Assembly (NCBI GenBank): GCA_951406725.2
Contig: OX597825.1
Span: forward strand, 8,060,001-8,124,000
From: Octopus vulgaris
Lineage: Eukaryota
Reading direction: 5' to 3'
DNA: 64,000 bases
The notes under the pieces are model-generated. The model was not told the DNA's origin. It did no database searches and worked only from the letters and a program-made list of their open reading frames with translations. The number at the start of each line of letters is the position of its first letter. Positions within the stretch are counted from its first letter, which is position 1. A program made the position numbers and the translations under genes. Positions 14,596 through 31,810 of the stretch are shown piece after piece.

Positions 14596-14738
14596 TTGTG
14601 TATCTGTGTTTGTCCCCCCAACTGATGCTGGTGTGTAAGTAATAATCTTACAAAGAATAAATCCTGGGGGCGATTTGCTCGACTAAAGCCGTTGCTCCAG
14701 CGTGGCCACAGTCACATGACTAAAACCAGTAAAAGAGA
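14376..14738 (+). mobile_element. SINE family A, with internal deletion
   Basis: Match to 9559-10078. Confidence 0.85.
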
Positions 14739-15160
14739 CCGGTTTCTGACTCTTCAATTACGTTTGTCAACGTAAATTTGATCAGTCTTCATCAGCTGCA
14801 TTTACCTGGACAATATTTCAAATGTTGCTACATCAATGCCAGTATACTCGCCTGAACACTTAGCCGTTAACAGGACCGAGACCGAGAACAGTATAAACAT
14901 TTTCAACAAATAATATTGCAATACAATGGTATTACTTTCCAGTAAAATAAAGCGCCATAAAGGTAAAAACATATATATATATATATATATATGGATTAGA
15001 AAAAACCCCACCTTTTATCAATTCAATAACGAAAAATTAAATTATACCATTTAGAAGATTTACATATTATAGAAAGATTAAATATAAGATAAAACATATA
15101 ACGATGATTAAGCAATGTGCAAAATAATAAATAAATAAATAAATAAATAATAAACAAAAC

Positions 15161-15204
<44 letters not shown>

Positions 15205-15851
15205 CATATATTGACGCACACACGGACAAGTATGTACAATGCACACATGTACATGCATGTTGTGTGCATTGAGATACTTTTTCACATGTAGCTTTGCGGT
15301 GTATTGCATTCAATGCTGGAAAATTACAGCTGCAAAAGATTAATTAGCGGCGGCAGATGATTAGGCTGATAATACTCTGTAACGTAACGAACACATAAAT
15401 AGTAAATATATACATTACTTTTTGCTGCCACACCCAAAATAGTAATTATCTTATTTTTTCCTTTTACTAGTCAGCGTTTATATTGACCAACAAATATAGA
15501 ACGATATATAGTAACAAGAATATATATAGACGTATATTTATATTTATGATGATAAATAACAATGACAGAAGCGACATATTTAGCTCTATTATGTTTCGAT
15601 ATTGTTACAAATGTTTTTTCCTTTTTTTATTCAAATGTTGTGATTCTTTGATTACGTATGTTTATGAATGTGGGTATCTGTATCAGTATGTTTATTTATG
15701 TGAGTGCTTATACTTGTGTCTACCTGTATGAATACCGTAACAATGTCTTATAAAAAATGTAAAAACCGTTGGTGTTGTACGAACAGTTTCGTACATAAAT
15801 GAAACGCTGGACAATATTCGCTGTACATTATCGACGCCTCAATCTCTTTTT

Positions 15852-15883
<32 letters not shown>

Positions 15884-16868
15884 CATGTGTGTATATATGT
15901 ATGTGTATGTATGCATGTGGGTATGTATTTGTGTGTATGTTATGCGCACGAACGTATAAATATGTATACTAATGCGTATATATATATATATAAAATATAA
16001 ATCAGAGATAAAACCACTATTATGCAACTCAAACAGTTTTGAGTTATACTCCCTAATATTATATATATATATATACATACATGCATACACACATATATAT
16101 ATATATACATATATACATACATACGTACATACATACATATATATATATATATATTTATGTATGTATATATATAGGTATATACAGATTTGTATCTATCATC
16201 GCCTGTGTGCATACAAATATGTCTCTCTTTCACACTTTCTTTTCTTTTTCTTTCGCTTTCTCTTTCTCCCTCTTACTCAACACTCTCTCTCTCTCTCTCA
16301 CAACTACGCACGCACTCCCGCACTCTCCCACACACACATATATCTGCATTTATGTGCATGTGCACAACGATTACATTTTGTTCTCACGAACCTGCTCTTT
16401 CTTACATGTCCTATGAAATCAAAACTTATTTCTTTCCATGAACGTACCTGACAATTTCCTAACTTCTCTCGCAGTTCCTCAACTTTACCCATGCTGTTTT
16501 TTTTGTTACTTGAATATTTTTGAAATTCAGAACATTTCGCCAAGAGAGGGAAACATCTTTATATGTTTAATTCACTATTTTATTTATCCATTATTCAGTT
16601 TTGTCAGCTAACCACACCACTACTTCTGCATTTTCTATATCCCCGTTCATTTGTTTATGTTTGAAGGACGGTTGTCCCTTATTGTCGGATTCCATCACTG
16701 AAGGGGATGTGACTGATTTCTAAACTTATTCTGAGATATATGCACGGAGCTATCTCTGGTAGTGCCCTAAAAAGAGTAATTTGGGGATCAATAATATTAT
16801 ACAACCTATTTTATAGTCAAATACAATTTAAATATACATACTATTAAGTACCTACTATTTTTATGATA

Positions 16869-17279
16869 TTTACTCTTTTACTCTTTTACTTGTTTCAGTC
16901 ATTTGAATGTGGCCATGCTGTAGCACTGCCTTTAGTCGAGCAAATCGACCCCAGGACTTATTCTTTGTAAGCCTAGTACTTATTCCATCGGTCTCTTTTT
17001 CCCGAACCGCTAAGTTACGGGGACGCAAACACACCAGCATCGGTTGTCAAGCGATGTTGGGGGGACAAACCCAGACGCACAACCACACACACACACACAT
17101 ACACACACATATATAGATAGATATATACGACGGGCTTCTTTCAGTTTCCGTTTACCAAATCCACTCAGAAGGCTTTGGTCGACCCGAGGCTATAGAAGAA
17201 ACACTTGCCCAAGGTGCCACGCAGTGGGACTGAACCCGGAACCATGTGGTTGGTAAACAAGCTACTTACTACACAGCCT
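16869..17279 (-). mobile_element. SINE family A
   Basis: Reverse-complement match to family A. Confidence 0.9.
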
Positions 17280-19783
17280 ATATTTAAATAATATTTATAT
17301 ATTACACTAAAGCAAAAAAAAAAATGGAACTAATATATATATCCTGAATTACAACTAAGTATAAAAATCAACAACCACAGACCCCAATACTCAATTTATA
17401 AAATGTAGATCCTAAAGTTTTAAAACTGAAATTATGACAATAATTAACGATCAAGGGACTAAGGTGAATACAAACAGTAAAACTACAGATAGCATTCATT
17501 TGGTGGTCCTTGTACACGTACAACCGTAATAACGAAAAGGACGACGACAGCGTGTAATATTTAATGTAACTACGACGATAATTCATAATTTATGAGTGTC
17601 GTTACGAAATGCAATCGAGTGTAAACGGAATTATTTTTCATGTGAGAGGAATTGAACTGTGAACGCATGATATTGTTCAGGACACTAAAAGGCTATCACT
17701 GAGTTATATTTGATTCAACAGAGCCGATTCATCAAAGGGATGAACCGTGGAAGAGATAGTTTAGTTTCGACAGTGTTGCTTGTAACAATTCGGTTTAATT
17801 AATTGTGTTGTGGAAGACGTATCCTTTAGTGAGTTTTCAATGCTTTAGTGGACGCTCGTACGTTTGATAAGAAGACTTCCATTTTTTGTAAATGCATTGA
17901 ATAATATTTACTTTTTTTTTTTATTGTATTCGGCATCGCTTAGTGTAGATCATAATTTACATGAATAGGATATTATTCAAAATTAATCCAAACTCAACTA
18001 AAAGTAGCGAAAGATTTTCACCATTGATTAGAAAGCAAGCTGTTTAAGACGCAGCTCCAATTAGATATTTAGTCTCCTATGACTGGATAGAGAAACCAAG
18101 CCTCCTTCTTTGGATAGTCTTAAATTTTTATAAAAGGGTTTGGAATCTAATCATATTATTCAATATTTAATTATAGAAAGTAAAAGTCAATTTGTGTTTT
18201 AGTGGAATTAAATGATCATCTAACACGCCAGCGCTTTAGCTGTTTTATGTCATCTTTTTCTTAGTAGATTTTTTTATCCCAAGCCTATTACTTCTGACGT
18301 TTCTTTAAATATTAATATTCTTTTCTGAAATTCAATTTGTTCGCTTGCAAATATGAATATATTTTGTTTTTAATTCTATTAAGGTTATTAAGACGGTGAA
18401 ATACTCTTGTTAAATATCCGTGGTTAGAAAACTAGAATTCTCGATGAAGGAATTCATGGAAGAGATTTAAATTTATTCCTTCAAAAATGCATGAAGCTCA
18501 TTTGATAGTTAATTTCACACTAAAGAGCGCTTTTCTCTTTTGTAGCCATCGGCGCGTTAAAACAACTGTTTTTGCTGCGATTCTATGTCAATACAATTTT
18601 ATCAAATGAATCTTTAATGTTCGGCTTTTATTAAATTCGAACATTTCAACTTGATTCAAAACTTAAATTTTGCAAATAAGGCTTTCTTTTGTAGAAAGCA
18701 TTGAGTGTAATAACGTTCTGTTTCATACAGATTAACGTCGAGGAAGTTCTATCGAAGAAATACCAACACGTCTCTGATATTTTCAAGGTGGTTACTGCAA
18801 ATGTGCAAAATGTTTTCACGCTTTACAGTGACTGGCATTTCTTTGCAACCAAAGAATTAATGATTTCTCTTTCTTTCTTTTCTCCCTTTCTTCCTTTCTT
18901 TCATTCTTTCTTTTTATCTTGCTTTCTTTCTTTCTATCTTTCTTCCTTTCCTTCCACCTTCCTTTCTTTCTTACTCTTGTTCCTTCTCCTTCTTTCTTCC
19001 TGTCTTTCCCTCGTTCTTTCTTTCTTTTTCTGTTTCTCTTTCTTTCTTTCTTTCTTTCTTTTCTGCTTGATCTTTATCAATAAAGCGAATGAAAGCCAAT
19101 ATCTGCGGTTTTTTGATGGCAATATCTGTTGATTCAACAAGTTTCAATGTTTAAGCATACGACGGCACACATTTTCTCCAATACCAGTCGATAATGCCAG
19201 AGGACTGCTACGGTCTGTATCACGAGAGTTAAATTGCATTTATTTGTTGTTTTTTCTGCTTTCATTGTCTCAGAAACCATTCTACTGAGTACTAACATAA
19301 TTGGTTCTGTAAAACAAAAAAAAAAAACAACTTAGAAATTTTAGGAACTATTATATTTTAAAATAATTTTTTGTTTTCTTTAAGGTTCTGAAAATTTTCT
19401 ACACAGGGTAAATATTTTGTCTGCTGAAAAACAAGCCATCGTTTGAGAACGCATTTAGATATTTTTAAGAAGAATAGGTGCAGTAGTCAGTTACAGCAAG
19501 TCGAGTAATATCAAGACGATTAACTGACACTAACAGCTTATCTTAACGGTACCCACCACTGCATCATTCATTAGTAGCACCAGCAGTCGTTTGTACTGCA
19601 CCCTCTTCTCTCTCAGCCACTCACCGAATAATAGATAAACATTTCGGACGCAAGTTGCACAGTTTTCACCCAAATCCCACCTCCGTCTGGAGCAGTGTCT
19701 GATTTAGTTTCTACACACTTCAGGCCTCACGGCCTTAATTATCCACTCATCTTCCTTTCCGGCCCTCGCTACACATTTATATA

Positions 19784-19816
<33 letters not shown>

Positions 19817-19992
19817 ATGTGTCATGTATGTAAGCATGTATGTACATAAATTTTGTTTCTTTACGTACACGTTAGAAAGTCTCAGCTAAAGGCGTCCGGT
19901 AGAATGAATATTAAAAAGAAAATGAAAATTAGCATAGATCTGATGATGGGAAGCATTATTCAAAGCTGAATCAAATTTTATGACAAAAGGAA

Positions 19993-22030
<2,038 letters not shown>

Positions 22031-22041
22031 TATATATATAT

Positions 22042-22188
<147 letters not shown>

Positions 22189-22192
22189 GTAA

Positions 22193-22483
22193 TTGTTCAC
22201 TCATGTTCTCCAGTTTGTTCTTTTTTACCCTACACATTCGCTAGCTTTCTTACAAAAAATCTAAAGCTCTTAGCTTAGACTTTTCTAAGGGCAACCAGAT
22301 CGAACTGTCTCAAGTGTAACTGCCCGAAACGGTAAGGACATCTGGTATCTTGACTGAAGAAAGAAGGCTACGGGTGACCCGTCCTTTTTTTCCTTGTCCA
22401 TCTAATTGCGTTTTTCGTGTCCACCATTGTATCTACTATCTGACCGTATGTCTTATTGTTCTCTATTGTGTCTTTGTCCCATC

Positions 22484-22484
<1 letters not shown>
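22193..22484. mobile_element. Short unique-sequence element between (TA)n tracts
   Basis: About 290 bp bounded by (TA)n; contains GGGCA..TGCCC-GAAACGGTA. Confidence 0.45.
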
Positions 22485-22518
<34 letters not shown>

Positions 22519-23812
22519 CGTGTGTGTGTGTGTGTGTATGTGTGTGTGTGTGTGCGTATGTATGTATGTATATATATATTTATGCATGTATATGAACTTG
22601 TATATGCATATATGTACATATGTATCTCCATATGCAAATATGTTTGTGCTTGCAAACACACACACGCAAGCACACACCCACACGCCCGCGTACACACGGA
22701 TAAAAATGGATAGCCGCAGTTCAGTGCAACATACGTTTTGGAAAATAGATACATCTTTTAAATGTATATTGAATTACTTCATAAGATAGGGATAAGGTGT
22801 CTCCTCTTCAGATACATCACTGATTATTATCCAATAAATTTGCAATTTGTATCGAATGGTATGAGAAGGAAACATGACATTGAGTCAGGAGAGGAAAAGA
22901 TTTTTCGAACACCCAATCTCATGTCTAGGAAATTCGAGTTTCCTAGATAACACACAAAATGCATTCTGGTTTGTTTAGTATTTCCTATATATAATCTAAC
23001 TATATGCAACTATATGTATCTTGGTATTTAGACTACATAAATGACCTATTGAAAACTATGCTATGTTCTTTTAGGATTTATCCTACCAACTGCATGGCCA
23101 TGACTTATTCATATCATTATCTTTATTTCTGTTTATCACCTCCCCCCAATTTTATGTTCTAATAATGAGAAATATGGGTATTTATCTGCCATCAAAGAAA
23201 GGTCTTTTTTCCTCCATTTTAAAATTATAAAATATTATCTTGCTTCAGTGTTGCTCTGTCTTTCCTCTCTCCCATTCTCTGCTCCCTCATCTCTCTCTCT
23301 CTCTCTACCTCTTTTTTTTCCTCTCTCCCTTTCACTCTCACCTTCCTTCCCTTTAAATCTCTTGGGTGTATTAATATATTTTTCCATTTCTAATCCAATT
23401 TTAATTTATATATATATTTATTTATTTAATGTATTTTACCTTTTACATTAGTGTTTCTTTCTTTCAACCTTTCTTTCTTTCCATAAATTATTGTGTTCCC
23501 CCTCTCTCTCTCTCTTTCTCTGACTCATTTTCTTCCTATCATCTCTAACTTACCTCTTTTTATTTCTCTACGCTATAGGTCTTCTTGCTACTTCCATAGC
23601 AATGTCTCACTATCTCCTCAGCTTCAGATATCTGATCTCTTCAAAATAACACAATAAAGCGCTCCCCTGATGATCCGTTGTGTGTTAGCACTCAAATGCT
23701 ATTGGCAAATCCAATACTCTAGGACCAAAGAACAACGCTAAAACCTACATAGAGAACCGCCGATATAAATTTTTGCATGTCATCATTTCACATATATCCG
23801 TATCTACATCTA

Positions 23813-24111
<299 letters not shown>

Positions 24112-24139
24112 CATATATATATATATGTATATATTTGTG

Positions 24140-24189
<50 letters not shown>

Positions 24190-24285
24190 AACATATATAT
24201 ATATATATACATATATATATGTATATACATATATATATATGTGTGTGTGTGTATGTGTATATACATATATATATATGTATATATG

Positions 24286-24355
<70 letters not shown>

Positions 24356-25392
24356 CAAGAAATATTGAATGACAAAGAAATAGGATTTATGTAATTCTGC
24401 GTCATCAGCTTAGGGCTGTTCTCGCTATAAGAAGCAATGCACTGAAACCCGAGTGCTTCCGCATCATTTTACAGCGTCCTTGGAGCGTTAAAAATGTAGA
24501 ATATATTTAAACCGGAAAACATTAAGATGGACATATTTCGTTTTAAAATATTGCAACGAAGCTATAAGAAGATAGAGAAACAGGCAAATAGGATTGCAGC
24601 GATTGTGATGGCAAAACAGGTGTATGCTAATGAAGTTGTCTGCATAATTCTTGTCTCTTTCTTATTCAGCATTTCATATATGCATAGATGTATATCTTAT
24701 TCGCACAAACGCATACATACACATACACACGTATAGACTTTCACACACACACATACTGTCATATATATTATTACTGGACGTTGTGTTAGGATACAAAAAT
24801 ACTCCGATATTTACTCAGAGAGAAAGTTCTCACATATTTACTTGGTGCATAAATGCACATTATATATATCGCCAGCGGGAGACAATCACCGCTTCTTCCG
24901 CTGCTTGGAGTATTAGATCATGTGATTTTGGCTTAATTTTGCATCGTCAATGACAGGTCTTCCTACCGTTTAGTATTACTAATGTTAAATCTTATTTTGT
25001 TTTGAAGCATCGACTATTTCACTTAGCTTAATAATCTACCTATAAATTAAATACCTATTAGAATCCCCCAACCTTTTGGTTCCCTTATAAACCCTTTTTT
25101 GCCGCTATTTTTTCCTTCTCCCTACCTATATAAGGGTGGGTTTTTTTCTGTATCCATATCCATACGCCTGCATATATCTTTTTACATAGATATTTTATAT
25201 ATGTGCATGCGGGTGTTTATGTTTATGTTAATGTATACGCATGCATCTAGGTCTGCATTTATATATATATTCATATATATATATATGTATATTATATATG
25301 AAAATATATATATATGGTTATATATGTATATATGTATATATTTATATGTTTTTGTGTGCATGTATGTATGTGTGTGTATGCATATATATATA

Positions 25393-25792
25393 TACTCTTT
25401 TTACTCTTTTACTTGTTTCAGTAATTTGACTGAGGCCATGCTGGAGCACCGCCTTTAGTCGATCAAATCGACCCCGGGACTTATTCTTTGTAAGCCCAGT
25501 ACTTATTCTATCGGTCTCTTTTGCCGAACCGCTAAGTGAATAGGACGTAAACACACCAGCATCGGTTGTCAAGCAATACTAGGGGGACAAACACAGACAC
25601 ACAAACACACACACACACATATATATATATATACATATATACGACAGGCTTCTTTCAGTTTCCGTCTACCAAATCCACTCACAAGGCATTGGTCGGCCCG
25701 GGACTATAGCAGAAGACACTTGCCCAAGATGCCACGCAGTGGGACTGAACCCGGAACCATGTGGCTGGTTAGGAAGCTACTTACCTGCGCCT
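25393..25792 (-). mobile_element. SINE family A, flanked by a direct repeat of about 113 bp
   Basis: Reverse-complement match to family A. The flanks 25272-25384 and 25801-25913 are duplicates. Confidence 0.9.
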
Positions 25793-25906
25793 ATAATATA
25801 CATATATATATATATATATATTATATATGAAAATATATATATATGGTTATATATGTATATATGTATATATTTATATGTTTGTGTGTGCATGTATGTATGT
25901 GTGTGT

Positions 25907-25971
<65 letters not shown>

Positions 25972-27996
25972 ACTTTTCCACTTCTATGAAACCGATAATC
26001 CTTTGTCTGAGCTCAATATACATTTACAACTTTTACAGAAACAGTTGTAAGCAAGTGAAGTCGATTATGTAATTCTTGTTTCACTTTCAGTTATTTACTC
26101 TCGTGTTTGCATACTTATCTATGTAGATGTATGTATATTGAAATAATAATTGAAAACAATTACCTCACTAGTGAGAAGATCTCTATATACACAACCGTTT
26201 ATTGAAACATATATTATATTAATTCACTTAAAACTTCTTCCTCAAACACTGTCTCTGAAGTATTAAACCGAATATTCGTCTTCAATAATAAAACTGTACA
26301 TTCTCCATAATTGAAAACTCTCTGAAAGCATATATTTCTAAATTCTGTTCATTGACTAGCCGCTATAGGAGACATCTTCAGTGTCTTTATACTTCTGTTA
26401 ACGTTTTGCAAAAGGCATGAAAATCGTATAATCTCATTATATCTGGCCGATATATATCTCAAGCCTTGCGGTTCTATGTGGAATGAGAGATAATCTGCCG
26501 TTAGGCTGTAATCCGTGACACACTTTTAATTGCCAAATGTAGAAATATCACATCAATTCTGTCAATAATTCCATTGTGAGACACATGACGACCAGTAATT
26601 GTATTTGCCCTTGCTAATAATAATTCCCTCCGCTGTCTGCGCAAGAAATCGATATTGGTTGATAGCGAATGAGATGAGTCACAGAGTAAAAAAAAAACCA
26701 AAACCACACACACGCACGTTTGTATATACGCACACACACCTTTATACATGGAATCACGCAATTTTATACACACACACACACTTAACGGTCTCTCTAAGTA
26801 ACCCATTAATGGCATCTAAATAATACAAAGCTATAATAAAAGAATTCTAAAAATAAATAAATAAATGAAAAGTCGAAGCATTGTATGAACGAAATGTATG
26901 AAAATACTTGTCGTTCGCAGAATGGGTTCTGAATGAAATGTCATAATTTTGCTTGTGAGAGGAATCGAATAGACCTCTTTGGTTTGAGTTTGATATAACA
27001 ATGGCATAACGAAGGATAAAAAATCAAAATTCAAATCCGTTGCTTCGCGTGTTGTTGGTATTGTCAGCAAAGTCCTGAACGATCAGTTAAGCCTTATTCA
27101 GCATAATAACCCCAGGACTACTCTTCTCTGTTGTATTCTTTCTTTTGTTTTCGGTTAGTAGAGTGTAATTTGAGAAAGAAAGCCTGATGTTTCTGCAACT
27201 GAAGAAAATACGTACAGATTCTCAAGTTTCTTCATTTTGAAGAGTTCAAACACACCATAGAAATAAATTACACAACGTTTGTTTTTCTAAAATTAGGTCT
27301 TCTTTTATTATAAAGCTGGACTTTTCATTGTATACTCATGTAGTCTTCTAACGCTGTTGGTCCGCTTTCACGTAAACAGTCCTACATATCATTGATGTAT
27401 TTGTCAATCTTGACGAATCAGGATTAAATATCTGTGAATATCAATGTGGCCATTAACCCACAGTGTGTCATTGCTTTTGAAACACAAGAGACTGGCACAC
27501 ATATCTGTCTCAATGTAACATCTTTAGATAATTTTACTATATTCAATAAGTTTGTATTTGCGCCTGAAACTTCATTAAATAGAGAGATGCTATTTTCGTA
27601 TATGTCATTGACAAAGCAAAAAACTTGAAAAGAAGCTGGCGTAGTCACTAAGGGTACACCGTAGTGTTCGTTCTGCGATAGTAGTTGCAGGAGCTGCAGC
27701 AACAGCAGTAGTTGTTGCTTTAGTAGTATCACCAGCACTAGTACTTGAGGTACTAGTGGCAACTGCAGTAGATGTTGAAATTGTTGTTACTGCTAAACGT
27801 ATTTGCTAATCAGCCACATCAACCATTATTGAGCAGAGAATTCGATAATGAAATCGTGTAAATCTAGGATCGCGACATTCAATCTGTCCTTCCTACTTTA
27901 AGAATTATTACTGCAGGGGATTTGGGAACTATTTCTAGCAATTAGTGACCTGGTCACTATTGTTCGATGCGGGCGTTCCGTGGTGCTAGCAATAGT

Positions 27997-28110
27997 GGTG
28001 ATGATAAAGATGATGAGGACGATGATGACGGTGATGATAGTGATGATGATGACGATGATGATGATGATGATGAGGATGATGATGACGCTGATGATGATGA
28101 TGATGATGAC

Positions 28111-28142
<32 letters not shown>

Positions 28143-28156
28143 CGATGACGACGATG
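27997..28156. repeat. (GAT)n microsatellite
   Basis: Directly visible. Confidence 0.95.
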
Positions 28157-28329
28157 AATCAGCAACAACTTTAAATGAAAGATTTTAATTAGACATTTAG
28201 TAACGAACGAAGGCAGTACCCATGCCCTTTTTGCAATTTGAGAGCGTCGAACGAAAAGACATTTAAAACGGTATCTGGACGAAGATTTACAATGGAATAT
28301 ATTCGCTTAAAGTCACCCAAGTACCGGAA

Positions 28330-28580
28330 GCTTATGAAAGATTTAGTCGATCAGCCACGTTGGCTCTGGTGGGTCTCAACCATAGATTAAATACCACCAG
28401 GTATTTTCTCCGATGTTCTTACAGTTCTGCCAATCCAACGTCCTATATTGCTATTTTGTATTGATTGCCAGGAGTAACGACGAAGTTAAACTGGGCTGCA
28501 TTTAAACTCTGAGTATACAGCGTCGGAACTCATACCACAAACCGTTTTCATCTACATTCTAATGACATTGACAATTCACC
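28330..28580 (-). mobile_element. Highly degenerate SINE family B-like remnants
   Basis: GCATTTAAACTCTGAGTATACAGCGTCGGAA and TTCTGCCAATCCA resemble family B reverse-strand motifs. Confidence 0.4.
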
Positions 28581-31405
28581 ACTTACGAGAGAGAGTTTGC
28601 ATATCAAGTTTTGTTGCTTATTTCATTCAATAGTGGTAACTGCAGCTAACGATAAAATGTGTCACAGCAGAAGCGAATTAGCTGCCGTGTTTTACTCCCC
28701 ATTGAATATTCTATTTAAATTTGTTTCGCGAAGGAAAATAGTGAAAGACATCTCCTCTAAAATATCGTTTATCGAGAATTTCAAAGAAAATGTTACTCTC
28801 CATGTGAATTCACATACCCAGAATTCCGCGTCAAAATTGCAGTAATTTTGATTTATCAGTTGTCTTAATATTTATAAAGCGAGAGAATCGTTTCTATCTG
28901 AGTGGTGATATTATCGTTTGCTCTTTAAAGAAGCGCCTAATGGCAGTGTTGTAAGCGTATATCTGGAAAAACGCTGATATAGCTTAAATATATTTGAATT
29001 TTACATTCAAAATGTTATTGGGTAAAATATAGACATCGCCCTTTTCATTCTCCCTTCCAGAAATATACTTCAAGCTGATCATTTAATGGATATAATTTTC
29101 TGGTCGAAGTAGATGAAAACTAAAAACGAAGGAAGAAAAACTTCTTTCTTACAATATGTGTGAGAAATACTGTAACCAATTAGCTTTGATGACCACAACT
29201 TCGTGTCTTGTTACTTTTGCACGACTATATTTCATGAAGGGGTTATTTATTTCATGTACCTTCTCGGTTAAAAGTGACTAGGATTGAGGCTCAGTTACGG
29301 TAATGCCATTTTAATTTATCATCGCCTTTTATACCATAGCAATGGGGGATAATTTACAAGATTTTTCTGGGGAAATCCAAAGCAGTTTATCAGATTTTCT
29401 TAATGATATTTCTCTTTAAATTAAGTTTGCAGAAATTGGGGCGAAGACTGGAGATCTCCATTTATAACGACAACAAAAATAATTATTTCTACGCATTGAA
29501 CAATTGTGACAAGGCCACTATTTGCTTGAGGACAGATTGAATGCTGCGATCCTAGATATACACGATTTCATTATCGTATTCTCTGCTCAATTATAGTAGT
29601 TATTAGGCCTTAAATGTTCACGAGTTCACGTCGGTGTGCTTCGTGATGGTGCAACAAGACACTGTATGTCACTCCATTTCCGTCACTATCTCGCTTACTA
29701 TATTATATAACATTCAGTGACTATTTCTGTTAGTATTCTTATACATATTGTCTTTGCTCATTCTAGTCTAGAAACTTTGTTATTAGAACCCGATAGATGT
29801 GTGATTTAAGCTATTGAATGATTATCGCTTTCAAGCATAAAAAAAAAGCAAGCAGCATAATCCTAGCCGCTCTTTTCGAGAAGATTTACTCACTCAATAT
29901 TTGCAAAAGACATTTCTATTTATTTTTCTTTATACTTTTCTTAGAATTTCCGCCTGGCTGTCTACAACTTGACATATGGACAATATTTCTAAGTTGAACA
30001 TAATATCATTCCTAATCTTCAATTCGAAGAATAGAGTAAAACACGTTATGAAAGTATAACAAAGAATCTGTACAGAATCAATGAAGTGTATTTTACAATA
30101 AGAAACATCAAAAGCCATCAAAAATAAATTATCACTTACAAGAGCTATAATGATATCTTTTTTTATACATTCTTCACTGTGCTGCATCGTATGATATTCT
30201 ATCTAAAATATCTTTTAGTCATTATTATAGACAACACTTCAAACAGATTAACGTGGCGTTATTCCTTTTATAGTTCTTGTATTTCCTATCTTTTACTACG
30301 TCTATTTACAAACTTTTGTATACTTAGAACAGAACTGCTTGTAGGAAAATAAGTAAAGTATTGAACTTGCAAATACAGACCCAGGACATGTATTCTGATA
30401 ATGGCAGAGTACTACATCATTTGGTTGAGTTCGTCCAGCAGAATGTAGACACAATGAGTAGATACAGTAAAAACACAACCATAATGAATGCATCAAACTC
30501 ATCGCTAGAACGGATATAAACTTATTAAACTAGTTATATGTAGCACATATTTTATGGAGAAAATGGTATCAAGTCACGAGGGATACGAGTGGATTAAAGA
30601 GAGCAGGCAAACACGGCTGGATAGAAGAGTGCATCGTTAATGTGGTCTACGGTGTGAACAGACTTTTAGAATGTGAACCGAGATGGCACCTGGATAATTG
30701 TAGCAGCCAAATGCTGCGAAAAGAGATATTTGGTAACTATAGTTTATAAGATATAATATAATATTGTTCTAAATAAAAGAAAAAAATTATATGTAAATCT
30801 CTCAATGAGAGACATGCAGTAACAAGATTCTAGAGTAAAGATTATTTGCCAACATAACGTGGCAGTCGAATGTTACTGTTATTTAGCTCTAGGAAACATC
30901 GTCTCTTAGTGGCTATATGGCTCACAATTTTCGAACACGGGAGTTTAGTATCTCCGTTCAGCACTAAACAAAACTATAATAACAAATGACTTGTCAATGG
31001 AATTTTTTAGAATTTATTAATGTATTGCGACATGTGTTTCTGCATCCCACTTGTCCATTTGGGAAAATGTGGGATGCAAAACGGTATGTTCGCAATATAT
31101 TAAAAAAATCTAAACATTTCCATCCACAGGTCATATTCATTATCGTTATATTCATCATCGTAAGCTGCAAGGAGTTCTGCGTGTAAAACCATTCCATAGG
31201 ACCATTCTGGAAGATTGGAATAACAGGTGGTAGCCAACAATGAAGAACATAGCACGCTCTGAGGCTTTTGCCCTCCAAAACTTGAAATATATATGTGTGT
31301 TTTTGTGTCCGTGTGGGTGCGTGTGGGTGTTCTTGTGTCCGTGTGAGTATGTGTGTGTCTGTTAGTGTGCGTATGCGCGTGTATGAGTAGCTATATGTGT
31401 GTGCA

Positions 31406-31456
<51 letters not shown>

Positions 31457-31604
31457 GTATATACGTATATACGTATATATGAATATATGTATATCTACCT
31501 CTCTAAATATAAGTGCGTGTGTGTGTATTTATATTTGTATATTTCTATGTATTTGCAATTATTTACCTGTTTTAATATTTGTACTTTTCTACAGTTCCAA
31601 AAAC

Positions 31605-31628
31605 ACACAGAGTCTTTCTCTCTCCCCC

Positions 31629-31661
<33 letters not shown>

Positions 31662-31668
31662 TCAAAGG

Positions 31669-31699
<31 letters not shown>

Positions 31700-31810
31700 T
31701 CAAAGTCTCTTTCTCTCTCTCTCACACACACACACACTCAAAGTCTCTTTCTCTCTCTCTCACACACACACACACTCAAAGGCTCTTTCTCTCTCTCACA
31801 CACACACACA
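31605..31810. repeat. Higher-order repeat of AAAGTCTCTTT-(CT)n-(CA)n-CTC units, about 5 copies
   Basis: Directly visible. Confidence 0.8.

Noticed and set aside
23660-23755. CTGATGA..CGTTG/CAACG..AAAAC, with similar partial motifs near 42224, 53296 and 63775
   Set aside because: The GAAA box or stems I and III are missing, and 7-mer hits are expected by chance in 64 kb
27967-28188. Poly-Asp ORF
   Set aside because: It is a (GAT)n microsatellite with no flanking coding context
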